64,000 nucleotides of DNA from the NCBI GenBank assembly GCA_965215505.1, contig OZ244065.1, positions 2,080,001 through 2,144,000 on the forward strand, written 5' to 3'. Position 1 is the stretch's first letter. Every line of letters starts with the position of its first letter. Positions 9,240-18,257 of the stretch are shown one piece after another. The translations under genes and the position numbers were made by a program. The notes below the pieces were generated by a model. It worked only from the letters and a program-made list of their open reading frames with translations, had not been told where the DNA came from and made no database searches. This DNA comes from Capsulimonadaceae bacterium. GTDB taxonomy: Bacteria > Armatimonadota > Armatimonadia > Armatimonadales > Capsulimonadaceae.

Positions 9240-12200
9240 TTACAGCGCCGTGAACAGCGGGTTGATGGTCTCGTAGTACAGGTCCGCCGTGCCGTTCCGG
9301 GTGCTGTTCCAGAACAGCCAGACCTTGTGTTCTGTGTTCAGGCCGGCGAACGGGTCCAGGAACGCCGCGACGTTGTTCTCGTTGACAGGCCCGGCGATAG
9401 GCAGGAGAGTGTCAGCCGGGGAATTGAGACCATTTGCGGTGCTGATCGGCGATACGGTTCCGCTGCTGGTATGCTCCTCATCCTGCCACTGGATTGTGTC
9501 CGAAACCGGCGGACTCACGGTGCCGTTCGGGTTGCCTGTCGTGACCGTGTTTGCCGGGGCATAGGTCGCGGTCGCGGTCATGCCTTCAGGGTACGTCCCG
9601 TTCGTGTTGATCGGGAAGTAGATCCGGCCGCGCGCATAATCCACATCCACATACTTCGTGACATCGGTGCCGTTGATCGTGACCGAGTTCAGCAGCAGTG
9701 TCGAGGCTCCGCCTGCCGTTGCGGGAATGCTGTAGCCAATGGGCGACGGCAGGAACAGTGTCAGCCGCTGTGTCTTGTAGTAGATGCTGGCCGGCAGGGC
9801 CGCCCCGCTGGCACCCGACTTGCGCCAGATGTACCAGCGGCGGTCAGCGCGGATGCTGTTCTGGCCTGGGGCATCGTTGGGTTTTGGTGACCCATCCAGG
9901 AACGTCACGGGGCCGGTGTCCGCCTGCGAAGCACCTGGCCCCGGCGTGTAGGTGATGCGCCGGGCGAGCGGGCTGAAGAGGGCCGTAAGCGTTGCCGTTG
10001 TATGAGGCGCACTCGTGAAGCGGACACGCCCGGTCGCCAGGTCAACATAGGCCGTGACGGTCCCATTCGCGGCTATGGCGGGGAATGCCAGAGTCCCCGC
10101 ACTGTTGATGGTTTGGTTCTTCACACCAGTCAGCACCAGGAGACCGCTGGCCTTGTCGAAGACGGCTCGGCTGAACAGAGGCGCATTGTTATTCGCCGTG
10201 TCGTACAGGATCGCGGTTCCGTTCACGAACATGTTGAACTGGCTCGTCCGCGACCAGGCCGCGTCCCGCGCCTGATACCAGCCGTCCGCCTGGCCCGTCG
10301 CCGCCAGTATCTCGGTGACGGCAGGGTACGGGACCAGGTCAAGCTGGTACGGTTTGGGATTGCCCGGAGTGCCGTCCGGCTGATAGCGGCTCTGGTACAG
10401 ATTCACTCTGCCATCCGGCGCGGTGCCACTGTAGGTGACTTCAATGGTTTCCTCGCCCTGATAGCCGTTGGCGGTCAGGACGTTTCCGAAGGTCAGCATC
10501 GGGGCAGCGTCGGCCACGCCCGTCAGCCCCGCCGGGATCGGCAGCAGGCCCGTGGTGGAGGGTCCGGTCGCCGGTATCCAGCTCGTGCCGCCGGGGGCCT
10601 GCGAGTTGTAGTAGATGGCGGAGCGCCCGCGCGTCGTCGCCGTCCAGAACGCCCACAGGTTCGGCGTGGTGTTGGCGAAGGCATTGTCCGTGAACAGGCC
10701 TTTGACGCCGTACTTCACCTGTGTCGGGTCGTTCGTGATCGGCACGGCCGAGCCGAGCGCCCCCGTACCCGCCGTCACCGGATAGTACAGCAGGGTATTC
10801 TGATACGATGCCGTGAGCGGCGGCGATTGGACGTTCACCGAGAACGCCGCGATGCTGCTCAGGTTCAGCGAGTCCTGCGCGATGGTCAGGCCGCTGTTGG
10901 TCCCAGCGTTCGCCGCTAGGACGGGGATGAGTGTGCCGTTTGAGTTGTAGCCCGCCGACTCACTGCCGAGCGAGGTCCACCACTGCGGGACGTAGGTAGT
11001 CGGTGCGGTCGGGTCTACCGGGAGGAACGCGAAGTTGCCGTTCGTGTCCTTGACATACGGCACGAGCGCCTGGTAGATGTTGAACTGCGCGCTGGCGCTC
11101 GTCCCCGCCCCACGCCCACTCGTCCAGTAGAGCGAGAGGTTGCGGGTGTTCGGGTCGCGGTAGGCGGCTGGCGCGAAGTCCGGCACCGGCTTTGCGGCCG
11201 TGTTGTTCGTGGCGGGAATGGCCGGCCCCTGGTCTATTTGCGAAACCGAGCCGTAGGTCAGGCCGTCGGTCATGCGGTCTTCCAAGACTTTGACGTTCAG
11301 CACCGCCGTGTTGGAACTATTAGGCATCAGGCTGACGGGGCTGCCGCCGTTGGACCCGATTTGGATGGTGTCCTGTGGCAGCCCATTGGGCTGTGCCGAG
11401 TAGTTGGGCGTTCCGATGCCGCCGATCGCGCTGCCGTACTGCGGCGGGTAGATCTGAGCCGTCAGCCCGGTGTAGTACCCCTGCAAGTTAGCCGGGGTCG
11501 TAGTAACGACCTTAGGGTAACCGCCCGCATCCAAGCCCTCGAAGAGCTGGATTGCCCCATGGTAGCTGCCGACGGGCATCCCGAACGGAGCGGCGACGCT
11601 GACGAACGGCGCGGTCTTGAAGGGCAGGTTCCCGTTATTGCCGTCCGTGACGTGCGTCGGGTGGTTCGTCGTCGGGACGTCCAGGGTCGCCCCCGGCGTG
11701 TACCCTTCCGGCGAGTCCGGGACGTACAGCGTGGTCGGCTGGCCGCTCCCGACCTGGGCCTTGTGGAAGGTCGCGCCGGGGTAGATGCTGATGAGCGAGG
11801 TGCCCGCAGCATTCGTGCCGGTCGCGATGGCCGGGTTGTGGCCAAAAGCCGCCACCAGGTCACTGTCCAGGGACGACCGGATGAGGTACGGCTCTTCGGG
11901 GACATTGCCGAAGGTGCCCGAGCGCGGCCCCGTCACGGCGTTGTAGTCATAGCCGGGGATGAACGAGGTGACGTCCAGCGCGTCGGAGACGAGCGACAGC
12001 GCCTGCTGGGCGTTGGTCGGCGTACTCTGCTTCTGGTCCAGGTGGACGTTCAGCAGGTTGACGTTGCCGGTGTTATAGATCTTCAGCGGCTTGTAGTAAT
12101 CCTGGAAGGCAAGGTTGAACGGGTCGAAGGTCGTCGTGTTATTGACGCTGTCAGACAGTGCCGCGAACTTGCTGGTCTGGATGCCGAAGCCGCTGGGCAC

Positions 12201-15200
12201 GGAACCCACGTCCACCGTCGAGTCGCCCATCTGGGTGCTGTAGTCCGGCGGGACGCCCGTATAGATGCGGACGTCGCGGTAGGCGGCACCGGGCCGGTAG
12301 AAGCCGGTCTGGTCCGGGATGTAGATGCGCCGGGTGGTCACATACCCCATCGGGAACGTGTAGTTAGCGTTCGAGGTCAGGCTGGTCGGCGGGATCTCCC
12401 CCAGCCCATTGTAGTTGCTCAGGCCGAGCGCATTTGTCTGGCCGGACGAGATGTAGAGCTGCTGGTTGGCAGGCTGGTAGTGCGGGATGCTGACATGGAA
12501 CTGGACCGGGTTGGTGTAGACCTGCCGGCCCGACGGCTCAGTCCCGTTGAGCGTTGCCGGCTTCGCGACGGCGTTGCCCAGGGTCAGGTCCGCGCTGCCT
12601 CCCAGGTAGGGATACAGCGTGGCGGTGACGTCCGAGGTGCCGATGTTCGGGTAGTCTATGCTGGAGTTGATGCTGCCATTCTCGTAGCGGCCCGCCGGCG
12701 GCGGCGTCTCCCACGGCAGGTAGTTCACGACCGAGTCGTGGTCGTGGCCGGGCGTCGCGATGGCGTTCGGCAGGCCCGAGTTGTAGGGAGAGTTATCGTT
12801 CCAGTACAGGCCCGCTCCGCCGCCGGAAACCGTACCAGTCTTGACCCGGAGGCGGTTCAGGCGCTCACCGAGAGCGCTGCGGTCCGCGATGTCCATGGCG
12901 AAGGGAGCATTGAGCCTGCCGAAGTACTCCGCCCCATTCAGGCCGTCGTTGTTGACCCCGAAACCCATCGGGGAAAGGGCCTGTCCCGTCACATCGGAGT
13001 TGTCGCCGCTGCTGTTGTGCGGAACCAGGCTTGTAGACGTGACCACGACATGGGGGCTAGTGGGCGGGTTGGTCAGAGCCAGATTCCGCTTCGTCGGGTC
13101 AATGCCGCCGCCGCCGGAGGTGGAGTCCGGCGGGGTGACCAGGACATCGTTGCCGTTCGACAGCGCCTCCAGATCGAGCTTGTCGTTGCCCGCGACCAGC
13201 GGCGAGGTGACGGCCCGGAAGGGACCCAGCTCATCCGCGATTGGGACGGCATAGGTCTTCGTCGTCGGAGTAAGCGGGAGCGGGATGCCTCCCGCGCGGA
13301 TGGCCAGCGGGTTCAGGATGCCGAAGACTGGCTCATCCACCGGCTGAACAATGGTCTGCTGCGGCTGGTAGCCGGTGATCACCCCATTCGCGCCATAGAT
13401 CGGCTTAGGAATCTCGTTGCCGTTGGTCGTCTGGACGGCAATGACTGCCGTGCCGGTCTTCGTGAAGTTTTGGCCGTCGTAGTTGTAGACCGTGACCGTT
13501 TGCTTCGCGTTGGTAATGTGGCGACGCGCGCCGGGCGTGTTGCGCCGAGCCGTCCCGTCACTGATGGCATATGTGTACGCACCGATGTACCCCGCTTTGG
13601 AGGGGTTAGCGGTGGTCGGCACGTTCACCAGAACGCCGTCCGCATTGGTGACCGGGTCGCCCCGCTGGTAGAAGCCGTTGTTGAGCGGCGTGTTCGTCGT
13701 CGTCAGCAGAACGGCCGGCACGGTGCCATGGTCGGCGGCCGTCAGGGTGGCAGCCGCTGCGGCTGCCCCGGTGGCCGTTGTGGGGGTGTCTATGGTCGTG
13801 TCGGAAAGGTCGAACTCGATGGGTCCGCCGTTTCCGTAGACCTGCACCGGATTTGCCGGGCTGGGGGTTGTGGTGTTGCCGCTGTCCATCACATAAACGG
13901 GATTGCCCTTAGCATCAGCCGGCGGGACGACGTTCTTGAAGCGGATGTAGACGCTCTGGCCCCAGTCGTAGACCGGCAGGGGGGCACCCGCCCCGACCTT
14001 AAGCGCAGGCGGGATGGCGGCGCTGGTGCTGCTAGCACTCGCGGGGTCGTCGTTGACCAGGTAAACCTGCATGATTGCTTGTAGGTCCACCGCACCGGGG
14101 GCGTCCGGGTTAGCGGGTACGATGCTGCCGAGCGCGATGGGAATGCCCGTGTCGGTCAGGTCATAGGGCGTGATGCCCCGGCAGAAGCCGGTGCCGCTGT
14201 CGCCGACATAAATCCAGTCGGTGGTATTGGTGGGGTAAGTATAGCCCACCGGCACGCCCGTGCCAGGCGGGGTCGTGAACAGGTCGTAGGTGTCCGCCGA
14301 AGAGAGCGCGGGCGAGGAGATCGGGCCGAAGCCGGTGTACGCTTTGTTCTCCCGGATGAGCGGGAATTCCTGACCGGTGATCGGGTTGGAGATCGGCGTG
14401 GCACTGAAGTCGTACAGCGTGTTGCCGCCGACGACGTAGATCGCGCCGCCGTTTCCGCCGCTGGTGGATGTGTTGGTGATCAGAGCGGGCGAGGACTGGA
14501 AGATGCTGCCGTCCGGCGAGATCTGGCGGTAGATCAGGTTGCTGGCATCATCGGTGCCATGAACGTCAACCGCATACAAGGCGGTGTCGTTGACGCCGCG
14601 CGTCGCGACGTAGAGCATGGGAACGAACCCACCCTTGACGTCTCCTGCCACGGAGTCGCCGTGAGTGTAGGCGGTGCCGTCGGCATACTGAATTGTCGTG
14701 GGGAACTGGACGAAGCCCATGGCCGGGGTCGCCCGCAGGAACGCGCCAATGGGCGGCCCCGGCTCCGGGGTGCGGTCGAGGGCGGCGTTGTTCGGGTCGT
14801 TCGCCAGCGGGTAGGACCAGACCGCGCTTCCCGACACGGGCACGCCGGTGCCATCCAGGTTGACGGCCCAGATGCGGCCCGTTTCGGTCTCATCAGGCCG
14901 GGCGGAGGCCACCGTGCCGGCGGCAGCGGTGTAAGGCACTTCCAGGCCGGAGTTTGCCGCGAAGTAGATGCGGGTCCGGGTGGGCGCGGTCGCCGACTGG
15001 TGCGGCGAGTCGGTGAAGACGACGGGCGAGCCGGTGATATTCCCCAGCGCGGGCCGGGGCAGCTTGTTGGAGCTGGTGTTACGACCGCCTTTAGTCGTGT
15101 CGTAGGCGTCCGGGAAGGACCAGTCGAATGTATCGGTCACGCTGGTCTGCGGGCGCTGGCCGATGTTATAGTTGGACGAGCCTGGGCCGGTATAGTTCGC

Positions 15201-18065
15201 GGCGGTCGGGTCGGGTTGCTTGCTTGGGAAGCTCGTGCCGTTGTTCCCGGACGGCCCCAGAAGTCCGTCCAGGGCATAGACGCGGCCGATGTTGGACGTG
15301 GCCTCCATCTCATGCGCCGAGCCGATGTAGACGGTCGGCGCGTAGGAGTAGGTGTTGGTCGAACCCGTGCCTGACCCGCCCGTGGTGGACGTCACCTTCC
15401 GGGTGAGGAAGATGGCCGGCGCGGATTCGATGTCTGCGCTGGATGTGTTCGTGGTCGAGTTGGGGTCCGCGCCACGCAGCGTAAACCACCACAGCGGCTG
15501 GGGCGTCGGGATCGGAAGTTCCCCTGTGGCGCGCGGCAGGTCATAGCTGCCATTGAACCTATCGCCGGTGTTCTCAAAGGTGGTCACCGAGGTCGGGTCA
15601 ATGGGGACGCCGACGGCGTCCAGGGCATATAAGACGCCGTTGCTGTTGCCGACGTACACCTTGGCGTTTGACGGAGCGGTGCCATCCGCATTGAGCGGGA
15701 TAGAGCCGGTCGCGTCCGCCAAGGTGTTGATGTTGGGGTCCACGAAGACGTTAGGCGAGGCCGTGCCGAAGGCGGCGGGGACGGGTAGGTCGTTGTTGGG
15801 GTCGAGGATAACATCGCTCCCATTTCGCCTGACCGTGCCGATGCCGGCTCCCGTCACGATCTTGGGCTTGTTCGGGTCCGGCCGGTAGATCCAGTAGGCC
15901 CCGGTCGTGCCGACGTGCGGGGTGTACCCGGCCGCATCCACCTGGACCGGGGCCGTCTGGTAGCCAGGCTGTGGGAGGTAGATGGGCAGGCCCGAGATCG
16001 GGTCAATCGCGTTAGCGTTGCTGGTCCCGTCCCCGTTGCCGATGGCGTCCAGGCAGTAGACCATGCCGTTCTCGTCGCCGACGATCACGACGAGTTTGTT
16101 CAGATAAACGGCGGGGGTCGCCGCCGTCGGCGGCTTGACCATGACATTGATCTTCGTGATGACGGGCGAGGAGAAGACGGCCGCGGAGGGTCCGTTCAGC
16201 CCGCCGGGCGTCTCGAAGCGCCACACGATATTGCCGTTGAAACCGTCCACGCAGTAGATCGCGCCGGTGCCGTTACCGCTCGTCGCGATCCGCACCGAGT
16301 CGGCCACGACTTGATACTTGTTCGCGTTATTTTGGGCAGTGGCCGCTTTCAGCGTGATCGCAACCGTGTCGCCCTTGTTCAACGGAATTGCCCCGGTCGG
16401 CAAGGTCACGTCGCCCGTCTGTGCTTGACTGATCTGGAACCCATTAGCAGGTAGGGGCTGGTTCGCGAGGGCCACGCCGTTGACGGTAATGGAGTAGGTA
16501 GCATCAGGGATTCGGAGCAGCGTTCCCTGCGTCGCCGGGAGGTGGACCGTCACATAGTAGCCGCCGCCGTTGGGTGCGCTGAAGGTCCAAGTCGCCCCCG
16601 GCGCGACGCCGTTTGAAACCGGAGTGGCGGTGCTGTACTCGTTGTTGGTCGAGGTGCTGGTCGTGTCAGCGACGTTCCGCTGGAAGCCGGTCGCGGTGAA
16701 CGCGGCGTCGCGGTCGTCCACCGTGACGCCGTTAGAGAAAGTAGGGTCCTGTCGCCCGAAGTAGACGAGCTGACGGATGCGGCGGAGGCCGTCCACCGTG
16801 GTGCCGTCGGGCTGCTTCGCGGTGGGATCACCGTAGAAGATGAAGGGCTTCGCCCCCACATTAGGGGGACCGCTGGGCGGGTTAGAATTGGCGGGGCCAT
16901 AGTCGGGCAGGGCGTTCGCGGTCAGCGCCGTCCCGGCCACAGCCTGCGCGTTGTTCGTACCCGGCGTGTTGAAGATGCCCCAATACTTCGCCTTCGCGAA
17001 ATCAGCAGGGAAGGACGTATAGTTGATCGCCGTGGGCGCACTGCGGACATCGCCGATGGCGGTTTGCAGGGTCATCGAGTCGGCGATCAGGTAGTCCTGG
17101 ACCACGTTGCCGTTGCCGTCACGGTCGTTGTTCGTGTTCCGGTTGTGAGTCGGGTCGCGCTGGAGCGTCACCGTCACGCTCTGACCGACGGCCAGCAGGA
17201 ACGGGCCGGCCAGGAACTGCGAGGAGTTCGCCTCGGTCTGGCTGACCGTCGCCGTGACCGGCGGGGAGTTCGGAACGCTGGTCGTAATCTGGTATGTCAC
17301 CTGTGTGCTGCGCGGCTCAACTACACCATTGGCATCCTCAACCTGATCGGGGATGTGGTAGTAGATCGAGAAGCTGCCGGCGGTCGTCGCCGAGAGTGTC
17401 CAGACCGCCGTCCCGTCGAGACCCTGCCCCAAGCGCAGATATTCCCCGCCCGTCGCCGTCCCTGCCGCCGGGCCTGTCGCCTGCTGCGTCCAGTTCCCGG
17501 CGTTCACGGTGAGCGCGAAGCCGCTCGCCCCCGCCGCAGGTACGGTAGTCGGGGCCGGGAAAACGTCGTCCACCTGGATCTGTCCGGCCGCGAGCGGGAC
17601 GTAGTTGAACGGTGCCGCCCAGGAGTAAATGCCTCCGTCTGCAAGGTGGCTGGGGAAGTACAGGCCCGGCCCCTGGCTCGGACCCTGGCTGGGGGCATAA
17701 GCGCCCAGATTGAAGGAGGGAATCTGGACCGGAAAGCCGGGCGTCGTGGCGGTTCCCCCGACCGTCTCGGTCGGCGTTCCCTGAAGCTGGCCGTACAACG
17801 GGTTCAGGAACGGCGGCGTCAGATCGAGGACCGGGTCGGAACCGCCCGCGTGGAAGAAGGGTGACTGATAGGGCGTTGGGATGCCCGGCGAGCCAGCCTG
17901 CGGTATATTCTGTGCCGCCGCGCCGCGCGCGAGACCCAGGCCGGCGAGGGCGGCGCACAGTAGCGCCGCCATGCGCCGTGTCCGCCGGGGGAGAGTCGAG
18001 TTGGTGCTGTTATTTTTCACGGTTTTTGTTACGCTGTTAGTGTTCACGGTATGTCTGAGGTCCAT
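9240..18065 (-). CDS. Giant (~2940 aa) secreted beta-propeller protein, putative PilY1-like tip adhesin (start uncertain between 18209 and ~17972)
   Basis: Signal peptide RRTRRMAALLCAALAGLGLARGAAA-Q. Eight PQQ/BamB-like blades (SSP...VYVG...G.VYALD...W), two golvesin-like beta-sandwich domains, C-terminal W-x-S/T-x-R repeats. Last gene of the pilin locus. Confidence 0.8.
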   Translation of the reverse strand: MDLRHTVNTNSVTKTVKNNSTNSTLPRRTRRMAALLCAALAGLGLARGAAAQNIPQAGSPGIPTPYQSPFFHAGGSDPVLDLTPPFLNPLYGQLQGTPTETVGGTATTPGFPVQIPSFNLGAYAPSQGPSQGPGLYFPSHLADGGIYSWAAPFNYVPLAAGQIQVDDVFPAPTTVPAAGASGFALTVNAGNWTQQATGPAAGTATGGEYLRLGQGLDGTAVWTLSATTAGSFSIYYHIPDQVEDANGVVEPRSTQVTYQITTSVPNSPPVTATVSQTEANSSQFLAGPFLLAVGQSVTVTLQRDPTHNRNTNNDRDGNGNVVQDYLIADSMTLQTAIGDVRSAPTAINYTSFPADFAKAKYWGIFNTPGTNNAQAVAGTALTANALPDYGPANSNPPSGPPNVGAKPFIFYGDPTAKQPDGTTVDGLRRIRQLVYFGRQDPTFSNGVTVDDRDAAFTATGFQRNVADTTSTSTNNEYSTATPVSNGVAPGATWTFSAPNGGGYYVTVHLPATQGTLLRIPDATYSITVNGVALANQPLPANGFQISQAQTGDVTLPTGAIPLNKGDTVAITLKAATAQNNANKYQVVADSVRIATSGNGTGAIYCVDGFNGNIVWRFETPGGLNGPSAAVFSSPVITKINVMVKPPTAATPAVYLNKLVVIVGDENGMVYCLDAIGNGDGTSNANAIDPISGLPIYLPQPGYQTAPVQVDAAGYTPHVGTTGAYWIYRPDPNKPKIVTGAGIGTVRRNGSDVILDPNNDLPVPAAFGTASPNVFVDPNINTLADATGSIPLNADGTAPSNAKVYVGNSNGVLYALDAVGVPIDPTSVTTFENTGDRFNGSYDLPRATGELPIPTPQPLWWFTLRGADPNSTTNTSSADIESAPAIFLTRKVTSTTGGSGTGSTNTYSYAPTVYIGSAHEMEATSNIGRVYALDGLLGPSGNNGTSFPSKQPDPTAANYTGPGSSNYNIGQRPQTSVTDTFDWSFPDAYDTTKGGRNTSSNKLPRPALGNITGSPVVFTDSPHQSATAPTRTRIYFAANSGLEVPYTAAAGTVASARPDETETGRIWAVNLDGTGVPVSGSAVWSYPLANDPNNAALDRTPEPGPPIGAFLRATPAMGFVQFPTTIQYADGTAYTHGDSVAGDVKGGFVPMLYVATRGVNDTALYAVDVHGTDDASNLIYRQISPDGSIFQSSPALITNTSTSGGNGGAIYVVGGNTLYDFSATPISNPITGQEFPLIRENKAYTGFGPISSPALSSADTYDLFTTPPGTGVPVGYTYPTNTTDWIYVGDSGTGFCRGITPYDLTDTGIPIALGSIVPANPDAPGAVDLQAIMQVYLVNDDPASASSTSAAIPPALKVGAGAPLPVYDWGQSVYIRFKNVVPPADAKGNPVYVMDSGNTTTPSPANPVQVYGNGGPIEFDLSDTTIDTPTTATGAAAAAATLTAADHGTVPAVLLTTTNTPLNNGFYQRGDPVTNADGVLVNVPTTANPSKAGYIGAYTYAISDGTARRNTPGARRHITNAKQTVTVYNYDGQNFTKTGTAVIAVQTTNGNEIPKPIYGANGVITGYQPQQTIVQPVDEPVFGILNPLAIRAGGIPLPLTPTTKTYAVPIADELGPFRAVTSPLVAGNDKLDLEALSNGNDVLVTPPDSTSGGGGIDPTKRNLALTNPPTSPHVVVTSTSLVPHNSSGDNSDVTGQALSPMGFGVNNDGLNGAEYFGRLNAPFAMDIADRSALGERLNRLRVKTGTVSGGGAGLYWNDNSPYNSGLPNAIATPGHDHDSVVNYLPWETPPPAGRYENGSINSSIDYPNIGTSDVTATLYPYLGGSADLTLGNAVAKPATLNGTEPSGRQVYTNPVQFHVSIPHYQPANQQLYISSGQTNALGLSNYNGLGEIPPTSLTSNANYTFPMGYVTTRRIYIPDQTGFYRPGAAYRDVRIYTGVPPDYSTQMGDSTVDVGSVPSGFGIQTSKFAALSDSVNNTTTFDPFNLAFQDYYKPLKIYNTGNVNLLNVHLDQKQSTPTNAQQALSLVSDALDVTSFIPGYDYNAVTGPRSGTFGNVPEEPYLIRSSLDSDLVAAFGHNPAIATGTNAAGTSLISIYPGATFHKAQVGSGQPTTLYVPDSPEGYTPGATLDVPTTNHPTHVTDGNNGNLPFKTAPFVSVAAPFGMPVGSYHGAIQLFEGLDAGGYPKVVTTTPANLQGYYTGLTAQIYPPQYGSAIGGIGTPNYSAQPNGLPQDTIQIGSNGGSPVSLMPNSSNTAVLNVKVLEDRMTDGLTYGSVSQIDQGPAIPATNNTAAKPVPDFAPAAYRDPNTRNLSLYWTSGRGAGTSASAQFNIYQALVPYVKDTNGNFAFLPVDPTAPTTYVPQWWTSLGSESAGYNSNGTLIPVLAANAGTNSGLTIAQDSLNLSSIAAFSVNVQSPPLTASYQNTLLYYPVTAGTGALGSAVPITNDPTQVKYGVKGLFTDNAFANTTPNLWAFWTATTRGRSAIYYNSQAPGGTSWIPATGPSTTGLLPIPAGLTGVADAAPMLTFGNVLTANGYQGEETIEVTYSGTAPDGRVNLYQSRYQPDGTPGNPKPYQLDLVPYPAVTEILAATGQADGWYQARDAAWSRTSQFNMFVNGTAILYDTANNNAPLFSRAVFDKASGLLVLTGVKNQTINSAGTLAFPAIAANGTVTAYVDLATGRVRFTSAPHTTATLTALFSPLARRITYTPGPGASQADTGPVTFLDGSPKPNDAPGQNSIRADRRWYIWRKSGASGAALPASIYYKTQRLTLFLPSPIGYSIPATAGGASTLLLNSVTINGTDVTKYVDVDYARGRIYFPINTNGTYPEGMTATATYAPANTVTTGNPNGTVSPPVSDTIQWQDEEHTSSGTVSPISTANGLNSPADTLLPIAGPVNENNVAAFLDPFAGLNTEHKVWLFWNSTRNGTADLYYETINPLFTAL

Positions 18066-18082
18066 AGGCGGGGGTCCCTGGA

Positions 18083-18257
18083 AGTGGGACCCACCCCGCC
18101 GCGAGCGGCTTCCCCTCCCGAAACGGGTGGGGGCAGAGGGGCGATATCTGGGAGGCTCTTGCTGACCGAAGAGACGCTGCTTAAAGATGTTCCTAAACTC
18201 CTCCCCCACCCGATCCGGGAAGGGGGGGCGACTTGTCGCGGGGCGGGGGTCCCTACT
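18083..18257. repeat. REPIN-like inverted GC-rich repeat pair between the two giant genes
   Basis: gggacccaccccgccgcga...cccctcccg..cgggtggggg versus the reverse complement of 18200-18257. The GTAG foot contains the upstream TAG stop. Confidence 0.6.

Noticed and set aside
11238-14084. 948-aa plus-strand ORF and many other long antisense ORFs (e.g. 22972-24933, 26656-28443, 35919-37439)
   Set aside because: Shadow frames of high-GC genes. Arg/Gly/Val-rich with no motifs, while the opposite strand carries clear family signatures.
18066-18209. ORF-track start of the giant protein at 18209
   Set aside because: The extension runs through REPIN sequence, and the signal peptide begins well downstream.
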